Both the position numbers and the translations under genes were made by a program. DNA of 56,440 nt, the filler included, from Sphacelaria rigidula (Eukaryota): the NCBI GenBank assembly GCA_964200075.2. It is 7 parts of 7 records of this genome, joined end to end, with 100 filler letters (N's around TTAATTAATTAA, not from the genome) between each part and the next. Parts side by side here need not be neighbours in the genome. Positions count along the whole stretch, not along the records: positions 8,079 to 16,055 come from CAXNAA020012766.1; positions 16,156 to 24,132 come from CAXNAA020012767.1; 5 more parts are not named here. One strand, 5' to 3'. Below, piece by piece: positions 12,430 to 23,780 of this stretch; within the stretch, counting starts at the first letter, position 1, and each line of letters opens with the position of its first letter. Under the pieces are notes generated by a model. That model was not told where the DNA came from, did not search any database, and saw only the letters and a list, made by a program, of their open reading frames with translations.

Positions 12430-13514
12430 TCATCGACCTTTGCCTACCCAAGCTCCACCTGCGAAGACACCCTCCCCGGCTACCACCCCCCGCAGCGTCC
12501 CCGCCCGCCCGACGCTATCGGTGGCAAGAGGTGCTAATCTTGATTTCGCCGCCGCCGCTGCCGCTGCCTCCTTCATGTTGCGCTCCACCGAGACGACGTC
12601 CTCTCGGGGGGCCAATTTCAGGAAGTCATCTATGCCTTGTAACACCGAACGGCCCGCTTCGCGCAGATCCTCGACATCCTCCGGGAGAATATCGCCACCC
12701 TTTTTTTTCTCCGAGCTCAAGTAGGCTAGGAGCTCCAAGACCGCCTGTGGTTTGATTGCGAATTGACCACACGATGCGAGAGAGACGGTGGGCGAGAACG
12801 GGGCGCGGGGGGCCAGAAGGCGGGTGGTTATGTTGCTTTTCTCGATCCGTACTTTAAGTTGTTCATGTCGTCGTGTGTTAGGAGAGCATGTTATTGGTCG
12901 AATGAATCGGTTTCATTCCAGCTCTATCTTGTCTTCGTGTGCACTGTGCATGTTTCTATGGACCCGCATGTCTACCGCGAACGGAATAACCCACACCCCG
13001 AGCGCGTCAAACCAAACGGATTTCGCGTAGATATTCTCCCTTGTTCTAGGACACTTCAAATATCGTGGCTATCCTTTGGCAAACTGCAAACTACAGTACA
13101 CTGTCTGATTCAAGACATACATGGCCTGTACGCGCAGAACGATGCCACTGAGTCGTGCAAGACGAACAGATGGCGCTTCGATTCCCAATGCGAAGAACGC
13201 ATGCTTCTAGATCACAGTAGAGACGCAACATGTGCGACCGATCGGAGACCGACTAGAGAAGGCAAATTTGACTGGTAACCGCACTGTCTCAACCGCACGG
13301 CGCTGTTGCTTAATGCGGACTGTACCTGGAGCGCGTCTTGCGCCTGTATCCGGTAGAGATCAAACTGAAGATGTTGCTCGGGGTCGGCGTCGCTGTATGT
13401 TCGGAAGCAGGCCTTGAAGTCTGCGGCTGCAAGCGGGGGCGACTTTAGCAGCGCGGTTGCCTCGTCCCACCGTTTGGGATCTTCCAGGAGCTTGCATAGG
13501 TTCTGCACCGCGAG
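12430..13514 (-). CDS. Uncharacterised alpha-helical protein, last two exons (13326-13514, 12430-12744); possibly a PsbQ-like helical bundle
   Basis: CAG acceptors and a GTACA donor give a phase-0 join: ..QFDLYRIQAQDALQ|AVLELLAYLSSE..LREAGRSVLQGIDDFLKLAPREDV..KGR*. The 5' exons were not found. Confidence 0.75.
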
Positions 13515-15333
13515 CTGGCCGGGTGGGAGAGGGTACGGAGGTAGAGGTCGGATACGAGTTCAATATTGGGGCAAACCATATGCGCCCGCGTATGATGGAT
13601 TCTAGGCCGAGTGCCCATTGTGCTATACTATGGTGGACAGTAGGGTACCCTTCGTGGTATCCACAATGGGAAACAATGGACGGTGCTGTTTGAACTCTTT
13701 TGGGACTTGACACCTCTAGGCTGACAGTGCCGAACTGAAGTATTTCCCATGCAGATAAGGTTGATGCGCTCCTAGTTTTCATCTGATACTTGCGCCAGAA
13801 TGCGGGGTCGTCAGACCTGTACACCCTCCAAAGGTTCGGAAATGGCACGTATGGGAATAGACAGCTACACACGCAAAATAGTTAGTAGTATACCGTCACT
13901 CAGTAGCCTCCTCCGAGCGAACACCCATCATTATCAGCACCCAGCCATATCGGGTTGAACGGATGGTACAGTACGATGGCAATGGATGCGACCGACAAGT
14001 GGTACTGTGGTGAAGTAGTGATACTGCTCTGGTGCTTTGCGGTACCCTTGCACGTGCTGCAGCCGTGCGCTGGGTTATATACAACACTACTTTCAAATGC
14101 ACATCCCTTGCTTCAGGTTTACTTGCTGTCGGCATGCCGTTGATAGTTCCTCCTTCTCCGTACGAAGGATGCAATAGAAGACACAACCAAACATCATGTG
14201 TGTGCGTGCCTACGGAATGTATGTGGCTTTGCATTGCTCTTCTCGCCGTTAAAACCCAATGGCACCTCCATGCGGAGCTTGATGTGCAAGTACCCACGTG
14301 ACTCGCAGCACGAGCAGCATATATCTGGCAATCGAAGGAAACATGCCCGGTCTACGCTGAATCATGGCTTTTGACTTAGCCGGTGGTGCTACAGGTGGGG
14401 GAAGTACACAACGTGGCCCTTTGCGACTCATTTACATGAAACAAGAGGCCGCAGCATGTACAACAGAGCGTGCTTGGGGCGTTTCGCAAGGCCGGAAAGA
14501 CGGGCGCTTGTGCACGTGGTCAATTTTATCGTCTATCGTGCATAGTGGTACAGTACAGTGCAGTAGAGCATCGAGTTTGCAATTTCGCATGCCATGGGAA
14601 TGACGTGATCGCGTTAACGCGGTCATCCACAAACGTGACATGTTATAATAGGGGACTGGCGTCATTGTAACTGAAATTTTGAAGATTAGGACGATCGACG
14701 ATTTTTCTACACGAATACGACCGGCACACTACACGCGTGCTGCATACTACTGGGCGACACTGACACGACCACAACGGGGTGCCTGCTTTGTGTGCGCATC
14801 TCACATGGTCGTAGATGTGTTTTGTGTTCTTCTTACGAAACTGTGGGCACCTGTGAATCATCGGGCGGTGACCCTGATATGAGAGGGGGGAGTTCCGAAA
14901 GGGCTGAGCGTGGAACCCCCATTTGTTGTGTACGGACCAGACACTGACGCCACAACACGCAGAACCGATCGAGAGACCCCTTGTGGCACAGTAAAGACCG
15001 TTCCAGGAGTGACATTAGGCGTACCAACCCGAGCGGGTCCGTCCTGTGTATATTTGTAGGATCTCGTCATCCTTAACAATAGCCGGCGTTCTTCTATCAA
15101 CCGCGACATCACGAGCCGAGAGAACTGCCGGTTGGCGCAACAAGTCTGACCCTCTTCTCGCCTAAACCTACCAGAGAAAAAATCTAGCCTAGTGCAATAC
15201 GGAACACGGACGACCCTAGCCGCCATCCGCACAGGACGCTGGAGACACCCTTCTTCAGCTGCCACTCATCATCCGACCGCAAGTGCATTATGGTAAGCTG
15301 TTTATATCTGGCGACGCCACTGACATAGGTCTG

Positions 15334-15381
15334 TACGCTTTATGAGCAGAAGGTCCCGGGTTCAAACCCCGGATCCCACCA
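15334..15381 (+). pseudogene. tRNA 3' half (anticodon loop TAT, Ile-like); pseudogene or SINE head
   Basis: TT-TAT-GA GCAGA AGGTC CCGGG-TTCAAAC-CCCGG ATCCCACCA has a perfect T arm and variable loop. No matching 5' acceptor strand or D arm is present. Confidence 0.55.
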
Positions 15382-15624
15382 GTGCGACGGAAGACAAAAA
15401 ACCAAGGAGTTAATAGGGAAACAATAGTTGTGAAATTGATGGGGGATGAGAAAAACCGGCGCTCTACGGAGTAATAAGCAGAGTTCATAAAATTGCGGAG
15501 GAATCCTCTACGGAGACTGTTGGCTTGGGAACCCAAAACACGCAAGAGACATGGAAAGATGTGTGTGCAAACATTTTCACCGCCAGCCGGCGCAAAAATG
15601 TTACCTCTACAAACCTCAATCTAC

Positions 15625-16030
15625 CACACCCTGGACAATAGACGGCATCTATTGCGGTAGCAATAGAATCTGCTGCAGTAGATGCTAATACTATCGTCCG
15701 TAATGGCCATCGATTGTCAAGTTTATCTTTCTATTGTCGTCGGCGATGTCTATCGATATATCAGTTTCTCACACTCTTGTCTGGGCAGCAGTCTGCTATG
15801 GCCCTACATCGAAATCTATTGCGGCCGACCAAATGCATCGATCGATAGCTTTCCAAATCTATTGGTGACGGCAATGGCTATCGATAGACCGCATGCCAAA
15901 CCTACTCATGACGACAATGGCTATTGACAGATTTTATGCCAAATCTTTTGCCCTACACCGAAATCTATTGACGGATTGCATATAAATCTATGCATGGCGG
16001 CAATGAATATCGATAGATACATACCATAAT
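15625..16030. repeat. Degenerate 43-bp minisatellite (AAATCTAT..GCAATGGCTATCGATAGA), probably transposon subterminal repeats
   Basis: Units start at 15812, 15855, 15898, 15941 and 15984, an exact 43-nt period. Related motifs extend back to ~15630. Confidence 0.75.
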
Positions 16031-16055
16031 CAACCGTGGTATATAATGCCTACCG

Positions 16056-16155
16056 NNNNNNNNNNNNNNNNNNNNNNNNNNNNNNNNNNNNNNNNNNNNT
16101 TAATTAATTAANNNNNNNNNNNNNNNNNNNNNNNNNNNNNNNNNNNNNNNNNNNN
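16056..16155. other. Artificial scaffold linker
   Basis: N run containing TTAATTAATTAA. Confidence 0.97.
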
Positions 16156-17067
16156 TCGCGTGTAAGTGTATGGGGACCAGTGGCGGCGCGGAGAGAGGTC
16201 GGAGGGAGGGGAGGGGGAGGGATGTGGGGAAGGGGAAAATCGAGGGAACAAGAAACGAAAGACTGGGCGGAAAGAAAAAAAAAGCGAAGAAGACGCCAGT
16301 GATATGAATACATGACGGTAAAATGCTCATGCGATCGCCACTTAGGTAATCGCCGAAAGCATGCCGTTTTGAGACAAACTCCTCATGCTTCATTATGGAG
16401 AGTGACCGAAAGCTAGGTTGTAGACGACGCGGGTACATCTCCTACGGTGCACCCGTAAATGTCTCTTTCCGCCCGTGCCGAACCGTTCTGAGAGTGCGGC
16501 ATCAAACCCTTTGACTGCGAATCCTTCGACTTGGTACCAACAGCCAAAATTGCTCCTGCGCTCGACATCTCTTTGCGGATATATTTTTCATGAGTATCTC
16601 TACGAGCTGGGCCAGCCTAAGAACGGATTTACACCATCACAGCCACATCGCATCGACACAGACGGTTTGAACCGTGGTCCGCATTTCTTATTATTCCCCT
16701 TGGCGGAGAGGCCAATTTACTCAAAAGCCTGGTCCATTATTTTTCCTCCTTGATTAAGCCCCATATCCATCCAGTAGTTCATATACCGTACGGAGGTAGG
16801 GCTCATACTGAAGTCTGCGTGAAACACCGAACGACAGATGCGGCGACTGATGGCGTGTTTTGGTGCGAATAATTTCTGGAGCACGGGGAAACGATCGATA
16901 CCCTCGTCTTCACCTAAGTAGTTTCTTAGCTATAGATTATGAGCAATGACACTAAATGCACCAAATCTGTAGTTCGCGTCTCAGTTTCGAGAGTTGTGCT
17001 TTGCAATTAAAAAGAATCGCAATAATTTTTTTCGTTCTTCCATTTTTTTCGTTCTTCCATTTTTTTC

Positions 17068-17313
17068 AGGGGTTTATACGTTACACGTTCATGTTACGTT
17101 CATCACCCAAAAACAAACTAACGTTCACGTTACGTCACGTATGTCTTAACGTTATACGTACAAATTTCCTTTACATTAACGTTTCATATGAAAATTAAAC
17201 GTTACGTTCACGTTACGTTCATCACGTAAAAAAAAACAACGTTTTACGTTTCGGCCAAAACGTAACGTGAGCGTAACGTGTAACGCTGTGGCACGTGTAA
17301 CGTGTATATCCCA
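17068..17313. mobile_element. Small TIR element rich in ACGTT/AACGT motifs, inserted in the TA-TSD element
   Basis: Inverted ends ggggtttatacgttacacgt ... acgtgtaacgtgtatatccc, with many internal acgtt/aacgt repeats. Confidence 0.65.
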
Positions 17314-17440
17314 AATTCGTTCCATGTTTTGCGGGAGTTTTAGTGAAGCGTGAACATTGTTTCTGACCTTAACCTCAGTTTTTCAGCTCAATTTATAGAA
17401 TTGTGATTCGAAATTAAGCGTAGAATGTCGAAAGGGCATA

Positions 17441-18627
17441 CGAGCTGGGCCAGCCGAGAAGCGAATTCGTAGTTTGCAGGCCCATTCACCAGCCAATATT
17501 CAAATTTTGGTATGGACAATGAATAGGGGATAATAAAAACAAATACCAGTGCACACAGGGTTTTTTGGAATTTTTCAATGCGTGAAGGGCATTTTACTGG
17601 TACCTGAAAACTGATTATTGCCCTTAACTCGTGCAAAAAGAGGAAAACCCTTGTGAGCACCTGTATTTGTTTTTATTATGCCCTGTCCATTGCCCATACT
17701 AAATTTCAGGGTTCAACTTTAAATATTGACCGGTGAATGGGACGTTTTGTGACGGGGTCAGAAGAAATTCGGAACAGTATTTTGCAGGCCACTTACCGGC
17801 CCACGTTTGGTGTTTGGGTATTGAAACTTTGTGTGGGCCGTTGCTAGGGCATAATTGACAAAACAAAATGGGTCAGGTGATTCATTTATTTTTTCACTGG
17901 TTTAGGGCGTTTTAGAATGGAAACGACCATTATTTTCACGAGCACGCCCAAACCTTTCTAAAAAACAATTGAGGGCCGAATTATTTTTTTGTCAATTCAG
18001 CATACCTCTGTGGTTCTTTATCCCGAGTTTCAAATCACAATTCTCAGCATTGAGCTAAAAATTGAGATGAGGCCCGAGAGCAGTGTAAATTTCTCCTCAA
18101 AACTGCCCTAAAAATGGGGGGGGGGGACAAAAAGCTGTTTCTTTTGGCTGTATTATGTACCATCGGTTCTCCATACGAAATTTCATAGCATAACTCTCAA
18201 AAACTGATACGCGGTATATCCAAATTTAGTTCATCTAGTGCCTCTGCTCGTAATATATTGATTTTAGAATAAATATTATGTTCGCCATATCTCGAGATAG
18301 ATAACGAATTAGGTGACGATAAGGGCATCTATCGTCTCTCCGTGCTCCCGGGAATGTCCACACCAAAAATCGTCGTCATCCGCTGAATGCATCGATCGGG
18401 GGTTTCATATAGAGTTTGGTGTGCACGCTATCTCCGTTAGGTATAGGAATTACTAGACATGGTGTTTCATCAACCAGAAAATAATGGCCCAGACTTTTGA
18501 GCAGATGGGCGGGCACCTTCCCCATAATTAGACGATTAATACGACATGCGGATCATGGCCCAACTCGTTTGTGTCGATGAGATATTGCTTAGAGAGCTTA
18601 AATCCATATCTGGGCTGGCCCAGCTCG
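17441..18627. mobile_element. Complete non-autonomous TA-TSD element nested in a same-family copy
   Basis: Perfect 15-bp TIR CGAGCTGGGCCAGCC / GGCTGGCCCAGCTCG, with TA at 17439-17440 and 18628-18629. Confidence 0.85.
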
Positions 18628-19531
18628 TACCGAAAAAAAAATAAGTAGGCCTCCATTATTTTCTGTCATTTGGTGAGTTGAGGACGTTCTCATGAAAAAT
18701 GGTGTCGACTAGTATTTAATATTTCAAAACGCTCTTCACTCACGAAAGAAAAAACAACGTGTCCCATTCTTTCATTTCATTATGGGATAGCGATTCCTCA
18801 CATAAAATTCCAACGCACAAGTACCAAAACTGAGCTGGTGAATAACCTTTAAAATAATGTATCTGAATTCGACCTGCCCGGTTTCTAAATCGCCTATTCC
18901 CACCTCAATTTCGAGAATTGAACTTCGAACTTTAGTATGGAGAATGAACAGAGCATAATGAAAATATACATCTTGGGGCGATTGCTTTTTTTTTCATTTT
19001 TTTCATGACTTACGGATATTTCACTGAAAAAAATGAATCTTGACTTTTGTCTCCAACTCATGAAAACGAGAAGGAAAAAAACGTCTCGAGATACGTGTTT
19101 TTCATTGCGACCTGTTTGTTCTCTACGCCAAACCTCACATTCCAACCCTCAAACTTGAGGTGACAGTGCGCCTGCACTCTAGAGATCCGCTCCTAGGCGG
19201 GCCCAGCACGTATAGCGCTAGCGTTCATTCGTGAAGTCAAGGTGATGTGTTTTTTACAGATGAAAACACTCGTGAGAAGTTGAGCGTGTCATGTATTCTG
19301 CATGAAGCGAAGACAACGCTGGACTCAACAATAATAGATGAAAATGTACCGGAGCGTATACGTACAGCTGAAGTTTTTTTCATCCCCATGGAGTCATGAT
19401 GGTGGACTTGATAGATTAAAACTCCCCTGGGAATACTAGTGGAGGTTCACGAATTTCTATCTTTCTTCTCGTGCTCGTTTCTGTGTGTGCGGCTCCGATG
19501 AACGACTTTGCTCAATGTTCCACAACACAAG

Positions 19532-19711
19532 GAAACAACAGCGGGGGCCAGCTGGGCTACGAAGATACGGTGGGGCGAGGCGGAAGTGCGGGTACAATGG
19601 GAGCCAACCTATCGTATGTGCCTCTCGGTCGAGACCAAACAGCGTTAGCGATCGCGGCCGGGGCGTTCCACTCGTGTGCGCTCCTCAATACGGGTAGCGT
19701 TAAATGCTGGG
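19532..19711 (+). CDS. Single 180-nt exon encoding one RCC1 repeat of an RCC1-repeat protein (partial gene)
   Basis: (G)NNSGGQLGYEDT..MGANLSYVPLG..AIAAGAFHSCALLNTGSVKCW(G), bounded by an AAG acceptor and a GTAAGT donor, phase 1-1. Confidence 0.85.
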
Positions 19712-19993
19712 GTAAGTGTTCTGTGATCTCCTCCCCCCACCCCCTCCCCTTGTCCGTCTCGAAAGGGATGCGTGGTCAATCGTCAAACGACCAAGGGGAG
19801 CAATAAATGAGATTCCCCCCCCCCACCCCTCCCCTTGATTTGAATGATTGGTTGTAACACATTAAATGATCCCCGAGGAACCCAGCCGTGGTCACAAAAT
19901 AGACTCAATCGAGGTAAAAAAAATACATGTTCGCTGAAGAAAAACAAAGTTGGAGCGGGGGAGATAGAACAACAAACGGGCTGAACTGAACGA

Positions 19994-20249
19994 GAGCGAT
20001 GCCACAGTAGGGGTACACGTGTTGCGCAAAATCTTGTGTGGTATAGGGGCTCCTAACGATTCTAGATGCACAAGAATATGGGTTAGGACATCCCCGTTTG
20101 CAGCTTCATTTGAGATATCCCTAACACGTTGGAATAGTACTCCTGAGGTACTCTCACGTATACCCCAAGTCGTGTTGTGGATGAGATAAAGAGCTCCTGA
20201 TAGTTCTAACCTCAGAAACTATTGGCGCACCCCTATCGTAGCATCACTC
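19994..20249. mobile_element. MITE with GAG..CTC termini (internal type A)
   Basis: gagcgatgccacagtagggg / cccctatcgtagcatcactc, with flanks ACGA/ACAA. Homologous to 21098-21354 and 33502-33754. Confidence 0.8.
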
Positions 20250-20918
20250 ACAAAAAAAAAACAGACAAAAGCACGAACAAGACCAAGCAGGAAAGGGGCA
20301 GGAAAAGGAAAAAAAAGGAAGGGACAGGAAAGGAAAGAAACGGAGCAGAAGTAGAAATATAAGAGCGATAATAATTAACGCCAGCAATAATGATGTTGGG
20401 AATGAAAACAGTATCGAAAAAACCTGGAAGAAGCCGGCCTCCTGCAGCACGGGTGTCGGGTGGAATCGGCCGTGCACGAAAAACAAAAACAAAAAAGCAC
20501 ATGCACCCATACTGTACACGAAGTAAAACGACTAGGCTGTGGGTGCCGACTGCGACTCAGCTATTTCGGACCAAACGATTCGAGCATGATGAGCTGTCAT
20601 GCATCCATCAGCCTCACGGGAAGCGAGGCACCAAACTGCTACTGCGTAACACTGAGAAGGGAAAAGCAGCAAGACGGAGGGAGAGGGAGAGCGAGCAGAG
20701 GGAGAGAACAGGGAAGAAGGACAAAGCGGTGAAACCCAAGAACACTAGAGAGCATGTACAGGAACACAGCGAGGGGACACCGCATGGCCACAACCACAAG
20801 CCAAGGAAATGAGCACCAACGACGGATGAGAAAAGACAGGGGTTTATCAGTTTCCGTGTTCACCCAGCTTTCTCTACTCCTCGCTAGTTGAACATAACGC
20901 GTCGCACTCTCTCTGTCA

Positions 20919-21080
20919 CGCGTGAGAGGACCGCGTGCTTAAGGGACCGCGTCGTAGTTTGAAACACCTGCAGGGACCACGGCCCTGACCCTAACCCCAA
21001 CACTAACCCTAAGCCCAACCCTAACCATAAGGATGTTCAAATTCCGATGCGGTCCTCTAAGCACGCGATCCTCTCGCACA
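20919..21080. mobile_element. Hairpin MITE with internal telomere-like (CCCTAA) repeats
   Basis: Inverted arms of ~45 bp (gagaggaccgcgtgcttaagggaccgcgtcgtagtttgaa / ttcaaattccgatgcggtcctctaagcacgcgatcctctc) enclose ccctgaccctaaccccaacactaaccctaagcccaaccctaacc. Confidence 0.75.
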
Positions 21081-21097
21081 TTACACTTTCGACCATT

Positions 21098-21354
21098 GAG
21101 CAATGCTACGGTAGAGCTGCACTTTTTTCGCGAAATTTTGTCTGCTTCAGGGGCTCCTAACGTTTCTAGACGCACAGGAATGTGGGTCTGGGCATCCCCG
21201 TTTGCAGGTTTATTCGGGATATTCCCAGCACATCGGAATTGTAATCCTGGCATACTCTCGCATATTTTCATAGGTCGTGTTTTGGATGAGATAAAGGGCT
21301 CCCAACAATTCTAACCTCGGAAAATATTTGTGTACCCCTACCGTAGCATCACTC
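21098..21354. mobile_element. MITE with GAG..CTC termini and perfect 4-bp TSD (CATT), Sola2-like; type A
   Basis: CATT|gagcaatgctacggtag ... ctaccgtagcatcactc|CATT. Confidence 0.85.
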
Positions 21355-21364
21355 CATTTCAATC

Positions 21365-21790
21365 CTAGATTCCTCGTGAGCTGTTGCCGTTGTTGTGGTA
21401 GCGGTAGCGGCTCTCCGGTTGGCCTTTCTCGATGCAGGAGCCTCTCGTTTCGTCGAAAGTCCGATTCGAGCTTGTCTTCGCGTCGCAATGTTTCCCCGAG
21501 CTCTTCCGCCCCTTTCTTGACTCCAACACCCCATTTGCTCATGTCCTTCGCTGCCATGACTCAATCGCGTGCATCTACGACGTCCATACCGTAGACGAAC
21601 CATTTCTACCGTGCTACATTGCGTGAAAGAGCCCCTAGTGCACGGAGATTCTCCCGGAGGCGTTCCCCCCCAGTGTGTGGGGCGGTGGCCAGTCTCCTTG
21701 GGCCCTTGCACGGCTAGCCGTCTGAGCATGATGCGCTTTGGAAGGCGTTTTACGGCCTACCGGACAAGACCAGTTCATTGTAGGGGAATG
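21365..21790 (-). mobile_element. 3' end of ORF2 of a non-LTR (RTE-like) retrotransposon, degenerate
   Basis: RLPKRIMLRRLAVQGPKETGHRPTHW.. followed by ..WVMAAKDMSKWGVGVKKGAEE, the pattern of RTE C-termini (RLPK.....G.R..GRP...W..A.DR..W). Confidence 0.65.
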
Positions 21791-21818
21791 GACGGAGGTC
21801 GAAGTAAATAGGTAAAAA

Positions 21819-21967
21819 CACGAGATTTAACCATTTTCGGATGGATTACACCTCACAGCCGGAGAGTGCATTCGCATTCTAGTTCCCAAAATATTTCGAT
21901 GCGTATGAAAAGGTTCCCAAGGTTCATCCCAAGTAAAATGTCCATCCGCGATTTGTAAAATCCCGTG
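21819..21967. mobile_element. Short MITE of the CACG(G/A)GATTT family
   Basis: cacgagatttaacc..cggatgga / tccatccgcgatttgtaaaatcccgtg. Confidence 0.7.
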
Positions 21968-21987
21968 TTACTTGGCAATCCTTTCAC

Positions 21988-22245
21988 GAGTCATGCTACG
22001 ATAGGAGGAAGGCTATTTGATTCGACGAAAACAGGGGCTCATGGATATGTCAGACGATCCAACCTATCTCGCAGTGCGCTCGTATTTGGGTGAAAGCGAT
22101 GTCAAGCAGTATGAATGAGCGTCATTTATCGCCAACACGTGCGTTCGATTGGCTCTTGCTGTTTTCAATGACGACTTGAGGTGGAATTTCGCGGGGAAAA
22201 TGGCCCAAAATACCCGCCACCCCCCCCCCTATCGTAGCATCCCTG
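21988..22245. mobile_element. MITE, type B, 4-bp TSD (TCAC)
   Basis: TCAC|gagtcatgctacgatagg ... cctatcgtagcatccctg|TCAC. Confidence 0.8.
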
Positions 22246-22349
22246 TCACGGGGCTCGGGGCAGCGTAACTAGTATTGTCGAGTTCTAAATTTTGCACCTA
22301 CGGCGCGTCCTTCCGTACGTGAAGCCGCGCTACACGTTAGACTTGTCAG

Positions 22350-22750
22350 ATTTTGGACGTCAAGAAATCATCATTCGTGGGGGCTATTTGCAGAGAGGTG
22401 GTGAACAACAGACCCCGACACAGTAGCCTAGTCATGCCGGGCATTGCCCAAAAAAATAGCCGAGGGGAAAAAAAGGCAGATATAGATACATGAAGGCGAA
22501 TGTAAATGAATGTATCCAGGTGGAATAATGTTTTCGTGATATTGAGAATAGATGGTACCATCAATAGTGAATAGCGGTCAATGAGTGAATGATTCGGTTC
22601 AGTCCCGAAATGCCCCGCCACGAGGCCAGATGTGCTTTCTGTAGTAGCTTGACACTGAGGCGCTTCATACCCCCGAGTAGGATATCGACGTGTAAGCTGT
22701 AAGCACCCGCCGGTGATTGATACAAAGAAAAGCGCACACGGAATGAAAAC
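22350..22750 (-). mobile_element. Decayed Gypsy integrase zinc-binding (HHCC) region
   Basis: KLLQKAHLASW / AGHFGTE..SL.DRY (frameshifted) resembles L..AH...AGHFG..RT...RY.W. Confidence 0.45.
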
Positions 22751-23139
22751 TTCGCTAAGTTGAAGCGAATGATCAAAACCACTCTCAATCAGCGCTCTAC
22801 TCTCAATCTCACGAATACGTTGTTATGAGTTGTTATATAAAAGTGCCACTGCTATTCACCACAGTGCGCGACGGGTTTTAAGAGTTTCGTCGCTAAGGAT
22901 CTCAGGCTATTTTTTGTTATGATGAAGAAATTAAGGGTCAGCGTTTGTGGTGAACTCAAGGGGAAGAGAAGAATTAGAAATCGGAAAGTGCAAAGGGATC
23001 GGCGGGGAAGAATCTGCAAGAATGGTAAGAGAATGCCTCCACAACCACCATGGCTACATCAGGGTCCCAAGCAAGCTGCCTCCTCTCTTAAACTGGCGAA
23101 CAACATTGATCTCTACTGGGACACCCAATGGATAATGAC

Positions 23140-23780
23140 AATCTGTACAAAATTCGTACAGTACTGTACTGCGTTTTGTTCTGATCTTGTCTTTCGGAAC
23201 AAGACTCGTTTACGTACTGCTTACTGCTGGTGCAAGGTACGGTACTGTACCTGCAGTCCCTTTTGGCAGAGGATAGGAGTAGGGGGTACCTTGGCGTGCA
23301 TATCTGCATGGCATCGCTCTCCTGGTACCCTTATTCATATGCTCTCGTCGATTTTCGTGTCGTCGTTCAGTTCTATATTGTCGCATAGATATAACTTGAC
23401 TAGGAATCCTTCCCCCCCCGCTCCCCTGTTCTTGGACTTCTGTTCCTTCCGCCTTTTCCCTATCCATACGTACTCTTCAACTTTGCATCCTATTTCCGCC
23501 CTCTCTTTCTCCCATGATTCTTGGATTCCTACTAAGTCTATGTCGTGTTTACTCACTTGTTGCGCTGTCTCTTCTCTTTTGCGCTTGTCTGCGACGAACC
23601 CACACACGTTCCACGATCCTATTCTTAACTTCCTCTCCGAATCATTATCTGCTCTCGTGTTGTCTACTGTTCTCTCTCCGTCGCTTTGACTTTTAATTTC
23701 CCTTGCTTGGTTGTTCTTCCCGTTTCTGCGTTGGTCTTTGCCTATTTTCTGTGGGCCGCTATGTCTCGCCCTTCCCCTTC
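23140..23780 (-). mobile_element. LINE apurinic-like endonuclease (EEP) domain remnant
   Basis: NVCGFVADKRKREE..DIDLVGIQESWE..YVWIGKRR..RGAGGEGFLVK..ESI carries the EN motifs N.G, QE.W and GG.G.LV. Confidence 0.8.

Larger units (their letters stand above)
16603..19210. mobile_element. Non-autonomous TA-TSD (Tc1/mariner-type) element, outer copy carrying nested insertions
   Basis: TA|CGAGCTGGGCCAGCC ... GGCGGGCCCAGCACG|TA. The interior matches the reverse complement of the other family members. Confidence 0.75.

Noticed and set aside
14878-15233. Solo LTR upstream of the tRNA fragment
   Set aside because: It has LTR-like composition and a 3' ACA, but no TG start with a matching TSD could be identified.
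15812-16030. CRISPR-like repeat-spacer pattern
   Set aside because: The intervening sequences are homologous to each other, so this is a degenerate minisatellite.
22919-23689. 256-aa plus-strand ORF
   Set aside because: It is largely antisense to the LINE endonuclease remnant and has no recognisable domain.
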